NCBI GenBank assembly: GCA_963730095.1
Contig: CAVSQJ010000002.1
Span: forward strand, 2,171,844-2,235,843
From: an uncultured Acidobacteriota bacterium
GTDB lineage: Bacteria > Acidobacteriota > Vicinamibacteria > Vicinamibacterales > SCN-69-37
DNA length: 64,000 bases
Direction of reading: 5' to 3'
This document shows positions 42,382 through 52,603 of the stretch, one piece after another. Every line of letters starts with the position of its first letter. The first letter of the stretch is position 1. The notes below the pieces were generated by a model. The model was given only the letters and a program-made list of their open reading frames with translations, was not told where the DNA came from and made no database searches. Position numbers and translations under genes: made by a program.

Positions 42382-43441
42382 ATGGCATCGAGTCTGGCGG
42401 ACCGCTGGCGGCTTGAGCTGCACCTGGCCGCCTGGGTGGCGGTGGGCGGGTTGCTGGGCGTGATGGTTCACGTGTTGATGGACCTGCCCTGGGTCCGCTC
42501 GATGCTGTTCGGCGTGCCGCTCGGCATCGCGGCGGCGCCTGTCTCGCTCTCCGCGGCCTTCATTTGCCGGACGATGCCGGTGCCCGGCACGCCGATGCTG
42601 CGCGTGGCGGCGACCAGCCTCGCGACGGCCATCGTCACGGCCGCGGTCTGGGCATTTGTCGGACGCGCGTGGTGGCAGTGGCTCATGCGCTCCGATCCGG
42701 CGTTCGCCTCCAGGCCGGTCACGCCGATCGTCACGTTGCTCGTGAGCGTCGGTGCGCTCGCGTATCTGCTGGCGCTCGCCGTGCAGTTTCTCGCCCAGGC
42801 GTTCGAGCAGTCCGCCGAAGTCGCGCAGCGCGCGCTCGCGTCGCAGGTCGGCCAGCGCGAAGCCGAGCTGCGCGCCCTTCGCGCGCAGCTCGATCCGCAT
42901 TTCCTGTTCAACAGCCTGAACTCGATCTCCGGCCTCATCGCCGCCGATCCGGAGAAGGCGAGAAAAATGTGTCAACTGCTCGGCGATTTCCTGCGCGACA
43001 GCCTGAGCCTCGGCGGCGCCGCGCGGATTCCGCTCGGCCGCGAGGTCGCGCTCGCCGAGCAGTACCTCCGGATCGAGCAGGTGCGATTCGGCGATCGCCT
43101 GCGCGTGCAGACGGCGCATCGCCCCCGAGGGCCAGGCCCTCAGCGTGCCGGCGCTCATCCTGCAGCCGCTGGTCGAAAACGCCGTCCGCCACGGCATCGC
43201 GACCCGGCTCGACGGCGGCGCGATCGAGATCGACGCGCGACGCTCCGGCGATCGCGCGCTCATCGTCGTCTCCAACCCGCGCGACCCGGACGCGGCGCGG
43301 AAGGGGAGCGGGCTGGGCCTGGACATCGTCCGGCGGCGGCTCGCGGCGGCGTTCGGCGACCGCGCCGCGATCTCGATCGAAGCCGCGCCCGAGTCCTACC
43401 GCGTGTCGCTGTCGTTGCCGGTGGAGGAGCCTGCCGCATGA
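42382..43441 (+). CDS. LytS/YehU-type sensor histidine kinase (frameshift near 43120)
   Basis: ELRALRAQLDPHFLFNSLN, YLRIEQVRFGDRL, LQPLVENAVRHG, GSGLGL. Confidence 0.92.
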
Positions 43442-44184
43442 CCGACGAGCCTCGTTCGCTTCGCGTGATCATCGTCGACGACGAGGAGCCGGCGCGGATG
43501 GCGCTCAGCCACGATCTTTCGGCCGCAGGCGGCGTGGAGATCGTTGCCCGGTGCGCCAACGGGTTCGAGGCCGTGAAGGCCGTGACCGAGCTCGCGCCCG
43601 ATCTGCTGTTTCTCGACGTGCAGATGCCGAAGCTCGACGGGTTCGACGTCCTCGATCTCGTCGGCCGCGACGTGCCGGTCGTCTTCGTCACGGCGTACGA
43701 CGAGTTCGCGCTGCGCGCGTTCGAAGTGCACGCCGTCGATTACCTGTTGAAGCCGGTGAGCCGTGAGCGGCTGGCCGAAGCGCTCGGCCGCGCGCGCGCC
43801 CGCCGCACGCCGCGTCCCGCGCCCGCGGCGCTGCGCGAAGCGGCCCGCCCGCCGGGTGCGCCGCTCGAGCGCATCGTGATCCGCGACGGCGCGAACGTCC
43901 ACGTCGTGCCCGTCGACAAGATCGACTATGTCGAGGCACAGGACGACTACGTCGCGTTTCGCACGGGCGGCAAGGCCCTCCTCAAGGAGCAGCCGCTCGG
44001 CGAGGTGGAGACGCAGCTCGACCCGCGGCGCTTCGTCCGCATCCACCGCTCGTACCTGCTGAACATCGATCGGCTCGCGAAGGTCGAGCTGTACGCGAAG
44101 GACAGCCGAATCGCAATTCTCGTCGATGGCACGAAGCTGCCGCTCAGCCGGGCCGGCTATCAGCGCCTGCAGCAATTGCTCTGA
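43438..44184 (+). CDS. LytTR family response regulator
   Basis: IVDDE, FLDVQMP, VTAYD, DYLLKP, FVRIHRSYLLN. Confidence 0.95.
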   Translation: MTDEPRSLRVIIVDDEEPARMALSHDLSAAGGVEIVARCANGFEAVKAVTELAPDLLFLDVQMPKLDGFDVLDLVGRDVPVVFVTAYDEFALRAFEVHAVDYLLKPVSRERLAEALGRARARRTPRPAPAALREAARPPGAPLERIVIRDGANVHVVPVDKIDYVEAQDDYVAFRTGGKALLKEQPLGEVETQLDPRRFVRIHRSYLLNIDRLAKVELYAKDSRIAILVDGTKLPLSRAGYQRLQQLL

Positions 44185-44232
44185 GCACGCCGGCGGCTGG
44201 CACGGTCTGTGGATATACCGCACAGACCTGTC

Positions 44233-44748
44233 ATGAACGAAGATGTCGCCTACCAGTTACGTCGCCTCGAGTTCGGCGAGGCCCGCGAGATTCTCGAGGC
44301 CGCGAAGCATCTCGAATCGCTGAACCTCGACATCACGTCGGGCGTGCTCGCCCTGCTCGGGTCGGCCGATCGGGCCGAGACGCGCGCGGCGGCCGCCTAT
44401 GTCCTCGGCTTCGCCCGTTGCGCGATCGCGCGACCGGACCTCGAGGAGTGCGTGCGCGACCGCTGGGAAGAGCCCACCGTGCGCGGGCACGCGGCCGAGG
44501 CGCTCGCGTACCTCGGCCACCCAGGATCGATCCCGGCGCTCGTCGACTGTCTCGACGATGAGCACGCGTGCGTGCGGTATTGGTGCATCTTCGCGTTGGG
44601 GCAGATCGGCGATCGCGACGTGCTCGCGACCCTGTCCGCCCTCGTCGACCAGGTCGGCCAGGAAGAGTGCGACGGCCGGCTGCTGAGAGACGAGGCGGCC
44701 GCCGCGATTGCGGAGATCACGCGGCGGCTGCACGACGGCACCGACTAG
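44233..44748 (+). CDS. HEAT-repeat protein
   Basis: TRAAAAYVLG, VRGHAAEALAYLG, VRYWCIFALGQIG. Confidence 0.8.
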   Translation: MNEDVAYQLRRLEFGEAREILEAAKHLESLNLDITSGVLALLGSADRAETRAAAAYVLGFARCAIARPDLEECVRDRWEEPTVRGHAAEALAYLGHPGSIPALVDCLDDEHACVRYWCIFALGQIGDRDVLATLSALVDQVGQEECDGRLLRDEAAAAIAEITRRLHDGTD

Positions 44749-44803
44749 CGCCACTCGCGGTACTATCTTTGGCGGCGTTCCGGTCGCACAAGAGGGCGTA
44801 GGC

Positions 44804-45523
44804 ATGCGCGTACACGTCGGCACGTCCGGCTACAACTACCCGGAATGGCGAGGCACGTTCTATCCGGCGGAATTTCCGGCGGGGAAGATGTTCGCGTACT
44901 ACGCCGAGCGATTCCGCACGGTCGAAATCAACTACACCTTCTACCGCATGCCGACGACAAAGCTGACGGCGGGCTGGCGCGATCAGGCGCCGCCAGGATT
45001 CAGCTACACCCTCAAAGCGCCACGGCGCATCACGCACGAGCAGAAGCTCAAGGGCAGCGAGGACACGGTGCGGTTCTTCAGCGAGGCCGCGCGCGTGCTC
45101 GAGGCGCATCTCGGGACGCTGCTGTTTCAGCTGCCGCCGACGTTCAAGGCCGATCCGGCCCGCCTCGAGGGCTTTCTCGGGCTGCTGCCGCACGACTTGC
45201 GGACCGCGTTCGAGTTCCGTCACGACTCCTGGCTGACCGACGACGTGTTCGGCCTGCTAAAGGCCCACCGTGCGGCGTTGTGCATCGCGGACTTCGGCGA
45301 CAAGACGACGCCCCTCCAGGCCACGGCGCGTCACGGGTATTTCCGGTTGCGCGACGAAGGGTATACGCCCGCCGATCTCGATTCGTGGGCCGATCGCGTC
45401 GCGGCGCAGGCGGACGTATGGGACGACGCGTTCGTGTATTTCAAGCACGAGGAGGAAGGCAAGGGGCCGGAGTTCGCCCACGCCTTTCTCGATCGGCTGG
45501 CGTCGCGCCACCTCACGCCATAG
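44804..45523 (+). CDS. DUF72 family protein
   Basis: VGTSGYNYPEWRGTFYP, VEINYTFY, LKAPRRITH, LFQLPP, FEFRHDSW. Confidence 0.93.
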   Translation: MRVHVGTSGYNYPEWRGTFYPAEFPAGKMFAYYAERFRTVEINYTFYRMPTTKLTAGWRDQAPPGFSYTLKAPRRITHEQKLKGSEDTVRFFSEAARVLEAHLGTLLFQLPPTFKADPARLEGFLGLLPHDLRTAFEFRHDSWLTDDVFGLLKAHRAALCIADFGDKTTPLQATARHGYFRLRDEGYTPADLDSWADRVAAQADVWDDAFVYFKHEEEGKGPEFAHAFLDRLASRHLTP

Positions 45524-46520
45524 CCGACGCCAGGAACTCGATCGCCCGCGCTTCGGCCCAATACGTGTCGTTGCCCGCGGTGGCAGCGGCGACAAAGCCG
45601 CAGTGTCCGCCGTCGTGCTCGAGGCGGAGCGTAATCGACCGATTGCCGGCAATGGCCGGCTCGCGAAATTGCGCCGAGGGCACGAACGGATCGTCCTCCG
45701 CCGTGATCACCAGCGCCGGAATGCGAATGCGGTCGACCACGCGCATCGCGCTGGCGCGATGGTAGTAGTCGGACGCGCCGTCGAACCCGTGGTACGGCGC
45801 GGTGTATACCTCGTCGAACTCTCGAATCGTTCGGATGCGATCGAGCGGCGCGAGGTCGAACGCGTGTGGCCAGCACACTGCCTTGCGCCGCATCCGCGCC
45901 TTGAGATGCCGGACGAAGTTCCACTCGTAGGCGATGTTGACGCGCCGCTCGATCGCGCGCACGCATACCTCGAGCTCGATGGTCGGACTGATCGCGGCGA
46001 CGGCCAGGATCGGCACATCGGGATGCTCAGCCAGCTCGCCGGCGAGCTTCACGGTGAGGTTCCCGCCGAGCGAATATCCGACGACGCCAAATGCCTTCAG
46101 CCGCTCGCTTGCGGCGAGGGCGCGCATGACGGCGCGGGGGTCGTCGGTGAGCCCCGAGTGGTACAGGCCCGGCGTGAGCTGCTCGGTGCCGCCGCAGTTG
46201 CGCTGGTTCAGCAGCACGGCATTCCAGCCGCGCCGCCAGGCCTTGTCCGCGAGCCCGCGCATGTAGTGCGCGCCGCTCGATCCCTCGAGGCCGTGCAAGG
46301 CGAGAATCGTCGGCCGGCCCGATCGATCGGGCTGCCAGTAGCAATGCGCGAGCACCTGCGTGTCCGGCGTCACGCGAATCAGCCGCGGCTCGGCGGGCGG
46401 CAGCGCCGGAAAGCTTCGCGGGCGCGCCCACGCGTAGACGGTCATCGCGTGGCCGTTCTTCAACCAGCGACGGGCGGCAAATGGCGCGGCAGAGAGGCGC
46501 GGGCGGTCGGCGACCATCAT
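45513..46520 (-). CDS. Alpha/beta hydrolase, YheT family
   Basis: HGLEGSS, GYSLGGN nucleophile, AEDDPFV, GGHCGF. Confidence 0.92.
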   Translation of the reverse strand: MMVADRPRLSAAPFAARRWLKNGHAMTVYAWARPRSFPALPPAEPRLIRVTPDTQVLAHCYWQPDRSGRPTILALHGLEGSSGAHYMRGLADKAWRRGWNAVLLNQRNCGGTEQLTPGLYHSGLTDDPRAVMRALAASERLKAFGVVGYSLGGNLTVKLAGELAEHPDVPILAVAAISPTIELEVCVRAIERRVNIAYEWNFVRHLKARMRRKAVCWPHAFDLAPLDRIRTIREFDEVYTAPYHGFDGASDYYHRASAMRVVDRIRIPALVITAEDDPFVPSAQFREPAIAGNRSITLRLEHDGGHCGFVAAATAGNDTYWAEARAIEFLASAMA

Positions 46521-47986
46521 CGGAGGTCGTACACCGCGAAATCGGCGTTCTGGTACAGCACGGGCAGGTCCAGCGCGAGCCCGCGCCGATCGACGAGCAC
46601 GTCGAGGTGATACCGCACCGCGAGCGCGCGCGCGCGGCTGGCATCGATCCGATCGAAATCAGCGAGCGCGACCGTTCGATCTTTGACGCGCCGGGCGACG
46701 TTGCGGTCGTACATCGCCATCGAGGAGTCCTTGCCGGATTCGAGCAGCGTGTCGCGGTGCGCGCCCACGCGCACGCTGACGCCGTATTTCCATGCGTGAC
46801 CGGGGTCGGCCAGGACGAACCAGTCCGCCGGCTGGGCCCGCAACCACGCGAGCGCGTCCATCCACGTTGTCTGGGGCAGCGTCGCTTGCGCGAACTGCCG
46901 ATTCGCCTCGACGCGCAGCACGTAGCCCCCGCGTGCGATCGCTATCGCCGCCAGCACCGCGACGATCCCGAATCGCGCGCGCGCGCCCGCGACGTCGATG
47001 AGCCACCACGCGACGTAGACGGCGGCGACGAAGTCCGCGATCCAGAAGATGCGATTGATCTGGAGTTGGACGACGAGCGCGACGCGTGCGGAGGTGAGCG
47101 GCACCGAGACGAGGAAGACCGCGACGAGCGCCATGACGCCCGCCACGAGCGCGCGCTCGCCGGGGTGGACCACGCCCCGCCGCACCCGCGCGCGATACGC
47201 CAGGGCAATCACGACCGGATACGCGAGGTTGATGAGCCACGCGTAGGCCGGCCAGGCGGTCGGGAAGAGATAGTCCTTCTCGGTCAACACCGACAGCCAC
47301 TCGGCATCCATCGTGATCGCACGGCCGGTGAGCGGTCCCGAGGTGATGAGCCAGACGCCGGCGACGACGACCACGACGACGATCAGCGCCAGCCCGCGCC
47401 GCCATGCCGGCCGCGCCACCGCCGCGCCCGCGACGAGCACGATGCCGAACCACAGGCCCGTCGTCGGATGCATCACGGCGGCGAGGGCCGTCCAGAGCGA
47501 TGCGCGCAGCGGGCGCAGCGACGCGAGCGCCGCGCACGACGCGAGGCCGCACGCAAACGCGAGCATGCGCGGATGCATGTAGCCCTCGAGCGAGTTCGCG
47601 CCAGTTTTCGCGATGCGATGCCGCAGCGTGGCGAGGACGAGCAGTCCGGCAACCGCCCACCAGGACAGCCCGAGCCGGCGGGCGAGCGCGACCGCGGCTG
47701 CGAACAGTCCCGCCATCGTGACGATGTAGATCGCGAGAAAGAGCGCAGGCAGCCCGATATGCGTCAGCCGCGAGATCGCGGCAATGAGATGGACGGACCC
47801 GAGGAAGCGCGACTGGACGTCGAGCAATGCGGCGTCGTGCGGAAAGAGCGCGGGGTCGATGAGCTTGGCGATCGCGGGCTCGTAGTAGGCCTGATCGGAA
47901 ATGCCGAACCGGTAGCCGCCGGCGTTGGCCGTCGCGACGAGCCCGAAAGCGATCGCCGCAACGACGAGCGAGACGCGCTGCCTCAC
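46517..47986 (-). CDS. Polytopic membrane protein (possibly GT-C glycosyltransferase-like)
   Basis: GYRFGISDQAYY, LFPHD, many TM segments; GTG overlaps the dinB stop. Confidence 0.65.
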   Translation of the reverse strand: MRQRVSLVVAAIAFGLVATANAGGYRFGISDQAYYEPAIAKLIDPALFPHDAALLDVQSRFLGSVHLIAAISRLTHIGLPALFLAIYIVTMAGLFAAAVALARRLGLSWWAVAGLLVLATLRHRIAKTGANSLEGYMHPRMLAFACGLASCAALASLRPLRASLWTALAAVMHPTTGLWFGIVLVAGAAVARPAWRRGLALIVVVVVVAGVWLITSGPLTGRAITMDAEWLSVLTEKDYLFPTAWPAYAWLINLAYPVVIALAYRARVRRGVVHPGERALVAGVMALVAVFLVSVPLTSARVALVVQLQINRIFWIADFVAAVYVAWWLIDVAGARARFGIVAVLAAIAIARGGYVLRVEANRQFAQATLPQTTWMDALAWLRAQPADWFVLADPGHAWKYGVSVRVGAHRDTLLESGKDSSMAMYDRNVARRVKDRTVALADFDRIDASRARALAVRYHLDVLVDRRGLALDLPVLYQNADFAVYDLR

Positions 47987-48483
47987 ATCGTCTCGTCGGC
48001 CGACGGGCCGTAGATGGGCGGCAGAGGCACGTTCCGCATGCGCAGGTAGATGGTCAGCTGGCCGCGATGATGGATGACGTGGCTCAGCAGGAAGCTGCGG
48101 AACGCGGACGCGCGCGGCAACGACATCACGACGCGAGAGCCCTGTGTGAGCGTCCACGGCGCGGCGAGGTCCGCCTCGTTGCAGTTGACGAGACCCCGCC
48201 GCACTTCGGCAACGTTGCGATCGAACAAGTCGATGACTTCAGCGCGGGAGTGGCGCTCGGCGGGCGGCTGGCCGTTACCCTCGCGAAGCTCATGCCGGTC
48301 ATGATTCAGGATGGCCAGGCCCCAGTGCGGGAGCCGCGCGAGGTGCGTCGCCAGATCGCCGAGGTCGAACGCCTTCTCGTGCGGCTTCCACGCCAGGTCG
48401 GCATCCGGCACGCGCTCGAGCAGGCGACGCGTGATCGCCATCTCGTGGTCGAACTCCGGAAGCAGCCAGTCCTTGAGCGTCAT
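47983..48483 (-). CDS. DinB/YfiT family protein
   Basis: EFDHEMAITRRLLERVP, WKPHEK, LATHL, HVIHHRGQLTIYLR. Confidence 0.9.
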   Translation of the reverse strand: MTLKDWLLPEFDHEMAITRRLLERVPDADLAWKPHEKAFDLGDLATHLARLPHWGLAILNHDRHELREGNGQPPAERHSRAEVIDLFDRNVAEVRRGLVNCNEADLAAPWTLTQGSRVVMSLPRASAFRSFLLSHVIHHRGQLTIYLRMRNVPLPPIYGPSADETM

Positions 48484-48503
48484 GAACGGACGAGCGAGGC
48501 GTG

Positions 48504-49092
48504 CTACTCGCCGCCGCCTCCACCGCGGCCGAAGTTCACCTTCGGGACCGCCTTCGCGTCGTTCGGCACCTCGAAGTACGGATATTCCTTGAAGCCGAAC
48601 ATCTTCGCCGTGATGTTCGCCGGGAACTGCCGGCGCGACGTGTTGTACTCCTGCACCTTCTCGTTGTAGCGCATGCGCTCGGTGGCGAGGCGATTCTCGG
48701 TGCCGGCGAGCTCGTCCTGCAGGCGCATGAACTGCGCGTCGGACTTGAGCTGCGGGTAGTTCTCGACGACGACGAGGAGGCGCGAGAGCGCGCTCGATCT
48801 CGGCGTTGGCGGCCGCGATCTTGTCCGACGGCGTCTGCGCGCCGGCCATCTTCGCCCGCGCGTCGGCGATCGACTGGAAGACGCTCTGTTCCTGCGTGGC
48901 GAAGCCCTTCACGGTCTCGACGAGGTTCGGGATCAGGTCGTTGCGCCGCTGGAGCTGGTTCTCGACCTGGCTCCACTGCGCCTTGATCGCCTCTTCCTGC
49001 GTCGTGAACTTGTTGTACGAGCAGCCGCTGCCGAACCACAGCGTGCTGGCGAGCACGGCGATGCCGAGCACGCGCGTCGAGCGTTGTCTCAT
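48504..49092 (-). CDS. lemA: LemA family protein (frameshift near 48795)
   Basis: WSQVENQLQRRNDLIPNLVETVKG, ENYPQLK, ELAGTENRLATERMRYN. Confidence 0.93.
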
Positions 49093-49139
49093 GGTCGTAC
49101 TCCTACGTGAGTCACTGTACTGCGGAGCGCGCCGCCACG

Positions 49140-49931
49140 CTACCAGCCGCCAGACGCGCCGCCGCCTCCGCTGCCGCCGCCGCCGAATCCGCCGAAGCCC
49201 CCGCCGCCTCCGCCAAATCCGCCGCCGAATCCGCCGCCGCCAAATCCGCCGCGTCCAAATCCGCCGAGGCCGCCCATCCAGAGTCCCGGTCCGCCCCAGC
49301 CGCCGCGGCGGAATCCGGGCGGGCCCTGGTTCTTCCGCACGATCAACAGAATGATGATGATGACGATGATGATCGCGCCGATCGGAATCCTGGGTCCGCT
49401 CGTGGCGGACGCCGCCGGCGCGGCCGCCGGCACGTCCGGCAGCGTGACGCCGCGCTTCTCGGCGATCCGCTGAATCACACGTGTCGCGCCGGCGAGCAGC
49501 CCCGGGCCGTACCGTCCCGCGCGGAACTCAGGCAGCATCGCCTGCCGGATCGTGTCGCCGGCGAAGCCGTCGGTGATGTACTCCTCGAGGCCGTAGCCGA
49601 CCTCGATCTTCACGCGGCGCTCCTTGAGCGCGAGGACGATGAGCAGGCCGTTGTCCTGGCTCTTCTGGCCGATGCCGGCGCGCTCGAAGAGCTTCACGGC
49701 GTATTCCTCGATCGATCCGTACGGGGCGAACGAGTCCACCGTGGCCACGACGACGACGTCCTTGGTCGTCGATTGCAGCGATCGGATGCGGCGATCGAGC
49801 TCGCGGGCACTGTCGGCGTCGATGACGTGCGCGAAGTCGTTGACCGGTTCGGTCAACTGCGGCAGCGTTTGCGCGGCGGCCGGGCCGACGACGAGCAGCG
49901 CGAGGACGCTCGCGGCGACGAAGCGGCTCAC
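49140..49931 (-). CDS. TPM domain (YgcG-like) protein
   Basis: PVNDFAHVI, GIGQKSQDNGLL, IEVGYGLE, Gly-rich tail GGGGASGGW. Confidence 0.92.
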   Translation of the reverse strand: MSRFVAASVLALLVVGPAAAQTLPQLTEPVNDFAHVIDADSARELDRRIRSLQSTTKDVVVVATVDSFAPYGSIEEYAVKLFERAGIGQKSQDNGLLIVLALKERRVKIEVGYGLEEYITDGFAGDTIRQAMLPEFRAGRYGPGLLAGATRVIQRIAEKRGVTLPDVPAAAPAASATSGPRIPIGAIIIVIIIILLIVRKNQGPPGFRRGGWGGPGLWMGGLGGFGRGGFGGGGFGGGFGGGGGGFGGFGGGGSGGGGASGGW

Positions 49932-50625
49932 CGCGCCCGCCACGCGTCGACGAACTGCCACAGGCGCTCGGCCGTCGCCAGGAGCTCTGGCAGCCGTTTG
50001 ACCACGGCGTGCGCCGATTCGGGCGCGGTCTCGAGCGCCAGCACGGCCTTGAGGAGATCGCCGGGCAGGCCCAGCCGCTCCACACCGAACGTCGTCACAT
50101 CGGCGGCCGTCTGGGCCTGCGCGCCCTCGAGGCCGGCGACGTGCGCAAGCAGCCGGCGGAGCGGCGCGGCTGCGTGCTGCGACGAGCTCGGCCTGATGAT
50201 TTGCGTGGCCGGCGGCCTCGAGCCAGCCCTGGCGCAGGTGGATCAGCAGGCCGCGCGCCTGCACCTCGCAGGCGCGGCGGATGTCGTCGCGCTCGACCGT
50301 CGCGCCCGCGAATGGATCGCGGCCGGCGATCGACGACATGCGATTCGAGGATCGCCGCGTACTCGAGCGGAAAGGTGTCGAGCGATCGCCGGAACTCGTC
50401 GGGCGTCATCACGAGCGGCGGCGCGAGCCGTTCGCGGTGCCAGCTCTCGACGAGCGCCGCGCACGCGTCGAGATCGTCGGCGGTGAGCGTGGACGCGAAC
50501 GCGACGCTCGCCGACGGGCCGAACGCGACGAGCGCGACGAGGCGCGGACCGAAGATCCGCGTCAGGTCCGCGGCGAGGTGGTCGAACGCGCGGCGGGACG
50601 ACTTCGAAAGCTCGAGAGGCGTCAT
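49928..50625 (-). CDS. Nucleotidyltransferase-like protein of lemA/TPM operons (frameshifted)
   Basis: IFGPRLVALVAFG, EFRRSLDTFPLEY, CEVQARGLLIHLRQG. Confidence 0.6.
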
Positions 50626-50641
50626 CGGGGGCTATTGTCAG

Positions 50642-50727
50642 ACATGAAGAACATGAAGGGCGTGAAGGTCATGAAGGTAGGCCTTCCTTCACCTCTTCCA
50701 CTTGCTTCACGTCCTGCATCTTCCCCA
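50642..50727. repeat. Palindromic 9-bp tandem array (CATGAAG..)n/(CTTCAC..)n between divergent genes
   Basis: catgaagaa catgaaggg cgtgaaggt catgaagg ... cttcacct cttccactt gcttcacgt. Confidence 0.75.
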
Positions 50728-50737
50728 CAATAGCCGC

Positions 50738-51707
50738 GTGCGTCTGCGCGTTCTGAAGATCGGCTGCTTCGGCGGCGGGACCGGATTGCCGAGTCTGCTC
50801 GGCGGCCTCAAGCACAATCCGTGGGTGGACCTGCACGCGATCGTCACGATGTTCGACAGCGGCGGATCGTCCGGCCAGTTGCGCGACGAGCTCGGCGTGC
50901 TGCCGCCGGGCGACGTGCTCAAGTGCGCGCTGGCGCTCGCGCGCAACGAGCGCGAAGCGCGCGAGATACTCCTGGCGCGGCTGCCGATGCTCGAGCACGG
51001 CGCGGCTCGCGGGCCACACCGGCGGCAACCTGCTGCTCTCGATGATGGAGCAGTACAGCGGCGACTTTCTTCTCGCGGTCGACGGCCTGCGCGCGCTGCT
51101 CGGCTGCCGCGGCCACGTCTGGCCGATCACCGTCGAGCGCGCGTCGCTCTGCGCCGAATACGCCGACGGATCGACGACGCGCGGGGAAGTCGAGGTCGAC
51201 GCCGGCCAGGCCGGCGGCCTCGCGATCGGGCGGCTCTGGCTCGACCCGCCGGTGTCGGTCCATCCACGCGTCGCCGATGTGCTGCGATCGCTCGATGCCG
51301 TCGTCATCGGGCCCGGCAGCTTCTACACGAGCCTGCTGCCGATTTTTCTCGTGAACGGCGTCCGCGAGGCCCTCGCGAGCGTGCGCGGACCGGTGATCTG
51401 CATCGCGAACCTGCTGACCGAAGGCCGCGGCATGGCGGGATTCACGGCCGGCGACGAGGCCGCGCGCCTGGCCGAGGCGATCGGACGGCCGATCGACGTG
51501 CTCGTGTTCAACATCGGCGCGCCGAGCGACGACGTGCTCGAGCGCTACGCGCGCGAGCACAAGGCGCCGCTGCCGCTTGGCACGCTGCCGAGCGGCTGTC
51601 AGGTGGTCGAGGGATCGTTCTGGCGGCGGCCGATCGCGCGCCACGATCGCCGCCGGCTGCGCGCGGCAATCTGGGCCGTGCTCGCGGACCGACTCTTGAT
51701 GAAATAA
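50738..51707 (+). CDS. Gluconeogenesis factor YvcK/CofD family (frameshift near 51000)
   Basis: FGGGTGL, DSGGSSGQLR, LPPGD, IGPGSFYTSLLP, RHD. Confidence 0.9.
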
Positions 51708-51756
51708 GCTCCGGGAGTCATTGCAGAAATTGCGAAATGACTCCCGGAGTCTTTTC
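51701..51756. repeat. REP-like palindrome (family B) between convergent genes
   Basis: CTCCGGGAGTCATT...AATGACTCCCGGAG; overlaps both stop codons. Confidence 0.8.
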
Positions 51757-52157
51757 ACTTTTTTACCTCGCGCTTGGCGGTCCAGGTCGCGTCGCCGAGT
51801 CCCTCGATCGTGGCCGGCCCTTCATCGATTGCGCGTCGGCCGCGACCTCGCCGCTGAAGTTCATCGCCGCCGTCTGGCCCTCGGCGTTGATCTCGCACGA
51901 GAACTCGAGCGCCCGGCCCTTGAGCGTGCCCTGGATCGGCGCCGCGCCGTAGCGTCCGGTGTAGGTGCCGGTGATCTTCTCACCGTCCTGCTTGACCTCG
52001 AGCGCAGGCGTCGCCGTGCCGATCGACAAGTCGAGCGTCATCGTCCACTTGCCGGCGATGTCGAGCGGCTTGGGCGCGGGCGTGCGGCGTCTGCGCGGAA
52101 CCGGCGATCGCGGCCACGAGGATCGACGATCGCGACAAGCCACGTGCGCGCTCGCAT
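51755..52157 (-). CDS. Small secreted beta-rich hypothetical protein (paralog 2, frameshifted)
   Basis: DIAGKWTMT...VKQDGEKITGTY...GDATWTAKR. Confidence 0.65.
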
Positions 52158-52160
52158 GGC

Positions 52161-52584
52161 CTAGCCCTTGGCGCGCGTCGCGTGCCAGGGGACCTGGCCC
52201 TGACCGAAGTCCAGCGTGCCGGTGAACGTGTCGTCCTTCAGCGTGGCGCTGAAGGCGATGCTCATCGAGCCGTTGGGCGAGTCGAAGGCCATCGAGAACG
52301 TCAGCTTGTTGTCGGCGAACTCGCCCTCGATCGGACCCGCGCCCTGCGGGCCGGTGAGCGTGCCGCGTGACCTTCTTGCCGTCGAGCTTGATTTCGAGCA
52401 GCGTCTGCATCTGGCCCTGATCGGTTTCGACCGTCATGTCCCACTTGCCGGCGATCGAGGCCGGGGCCTTCTGCTCTGGTTTCTGGCCCTGCGCGGGCGG
52501 CGGCGTTTGCGGCGACGGCATCGCGCGCGCCTGGAACGTCGTCGCGAGCGCGAGGCCGATGGCGACCAGAAGTGCTCTCCTCAT
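52161..52584 (-). CDS. Small secreted beta-rich hypothetical protein (paralog 1, frameshifted)
   Basis: AGGAGG RBS, signal peptide, SIAGKWDMT...IKLDGKKVT...PWHATR. Confidence 0.7.
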
Positions 52585-52603
52585 ACGTACCTCCTGAAAC
52601 ATT

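Noticed and set aside
42382-44184. Apparent 600-aa kinase-LytTR hybrid
   Set aside because: A frameshift artefact; the kinase ATPase domain is in another frame and ends at an ATGA overlap at 43438-43441
44233-44748. HEAT-repeat gene as a toxin-immunity or defence component
   Set aside because: No adjacent toxin, nuclease or mobile-element signature
47983-49092. Apparent LemA-DinB fusion (likewise the 896-aa ORF 51763-54453 and the ORF 49140-50339)
   Set aside because: Frameshift read-through linking separate genes that each have their own start and stop
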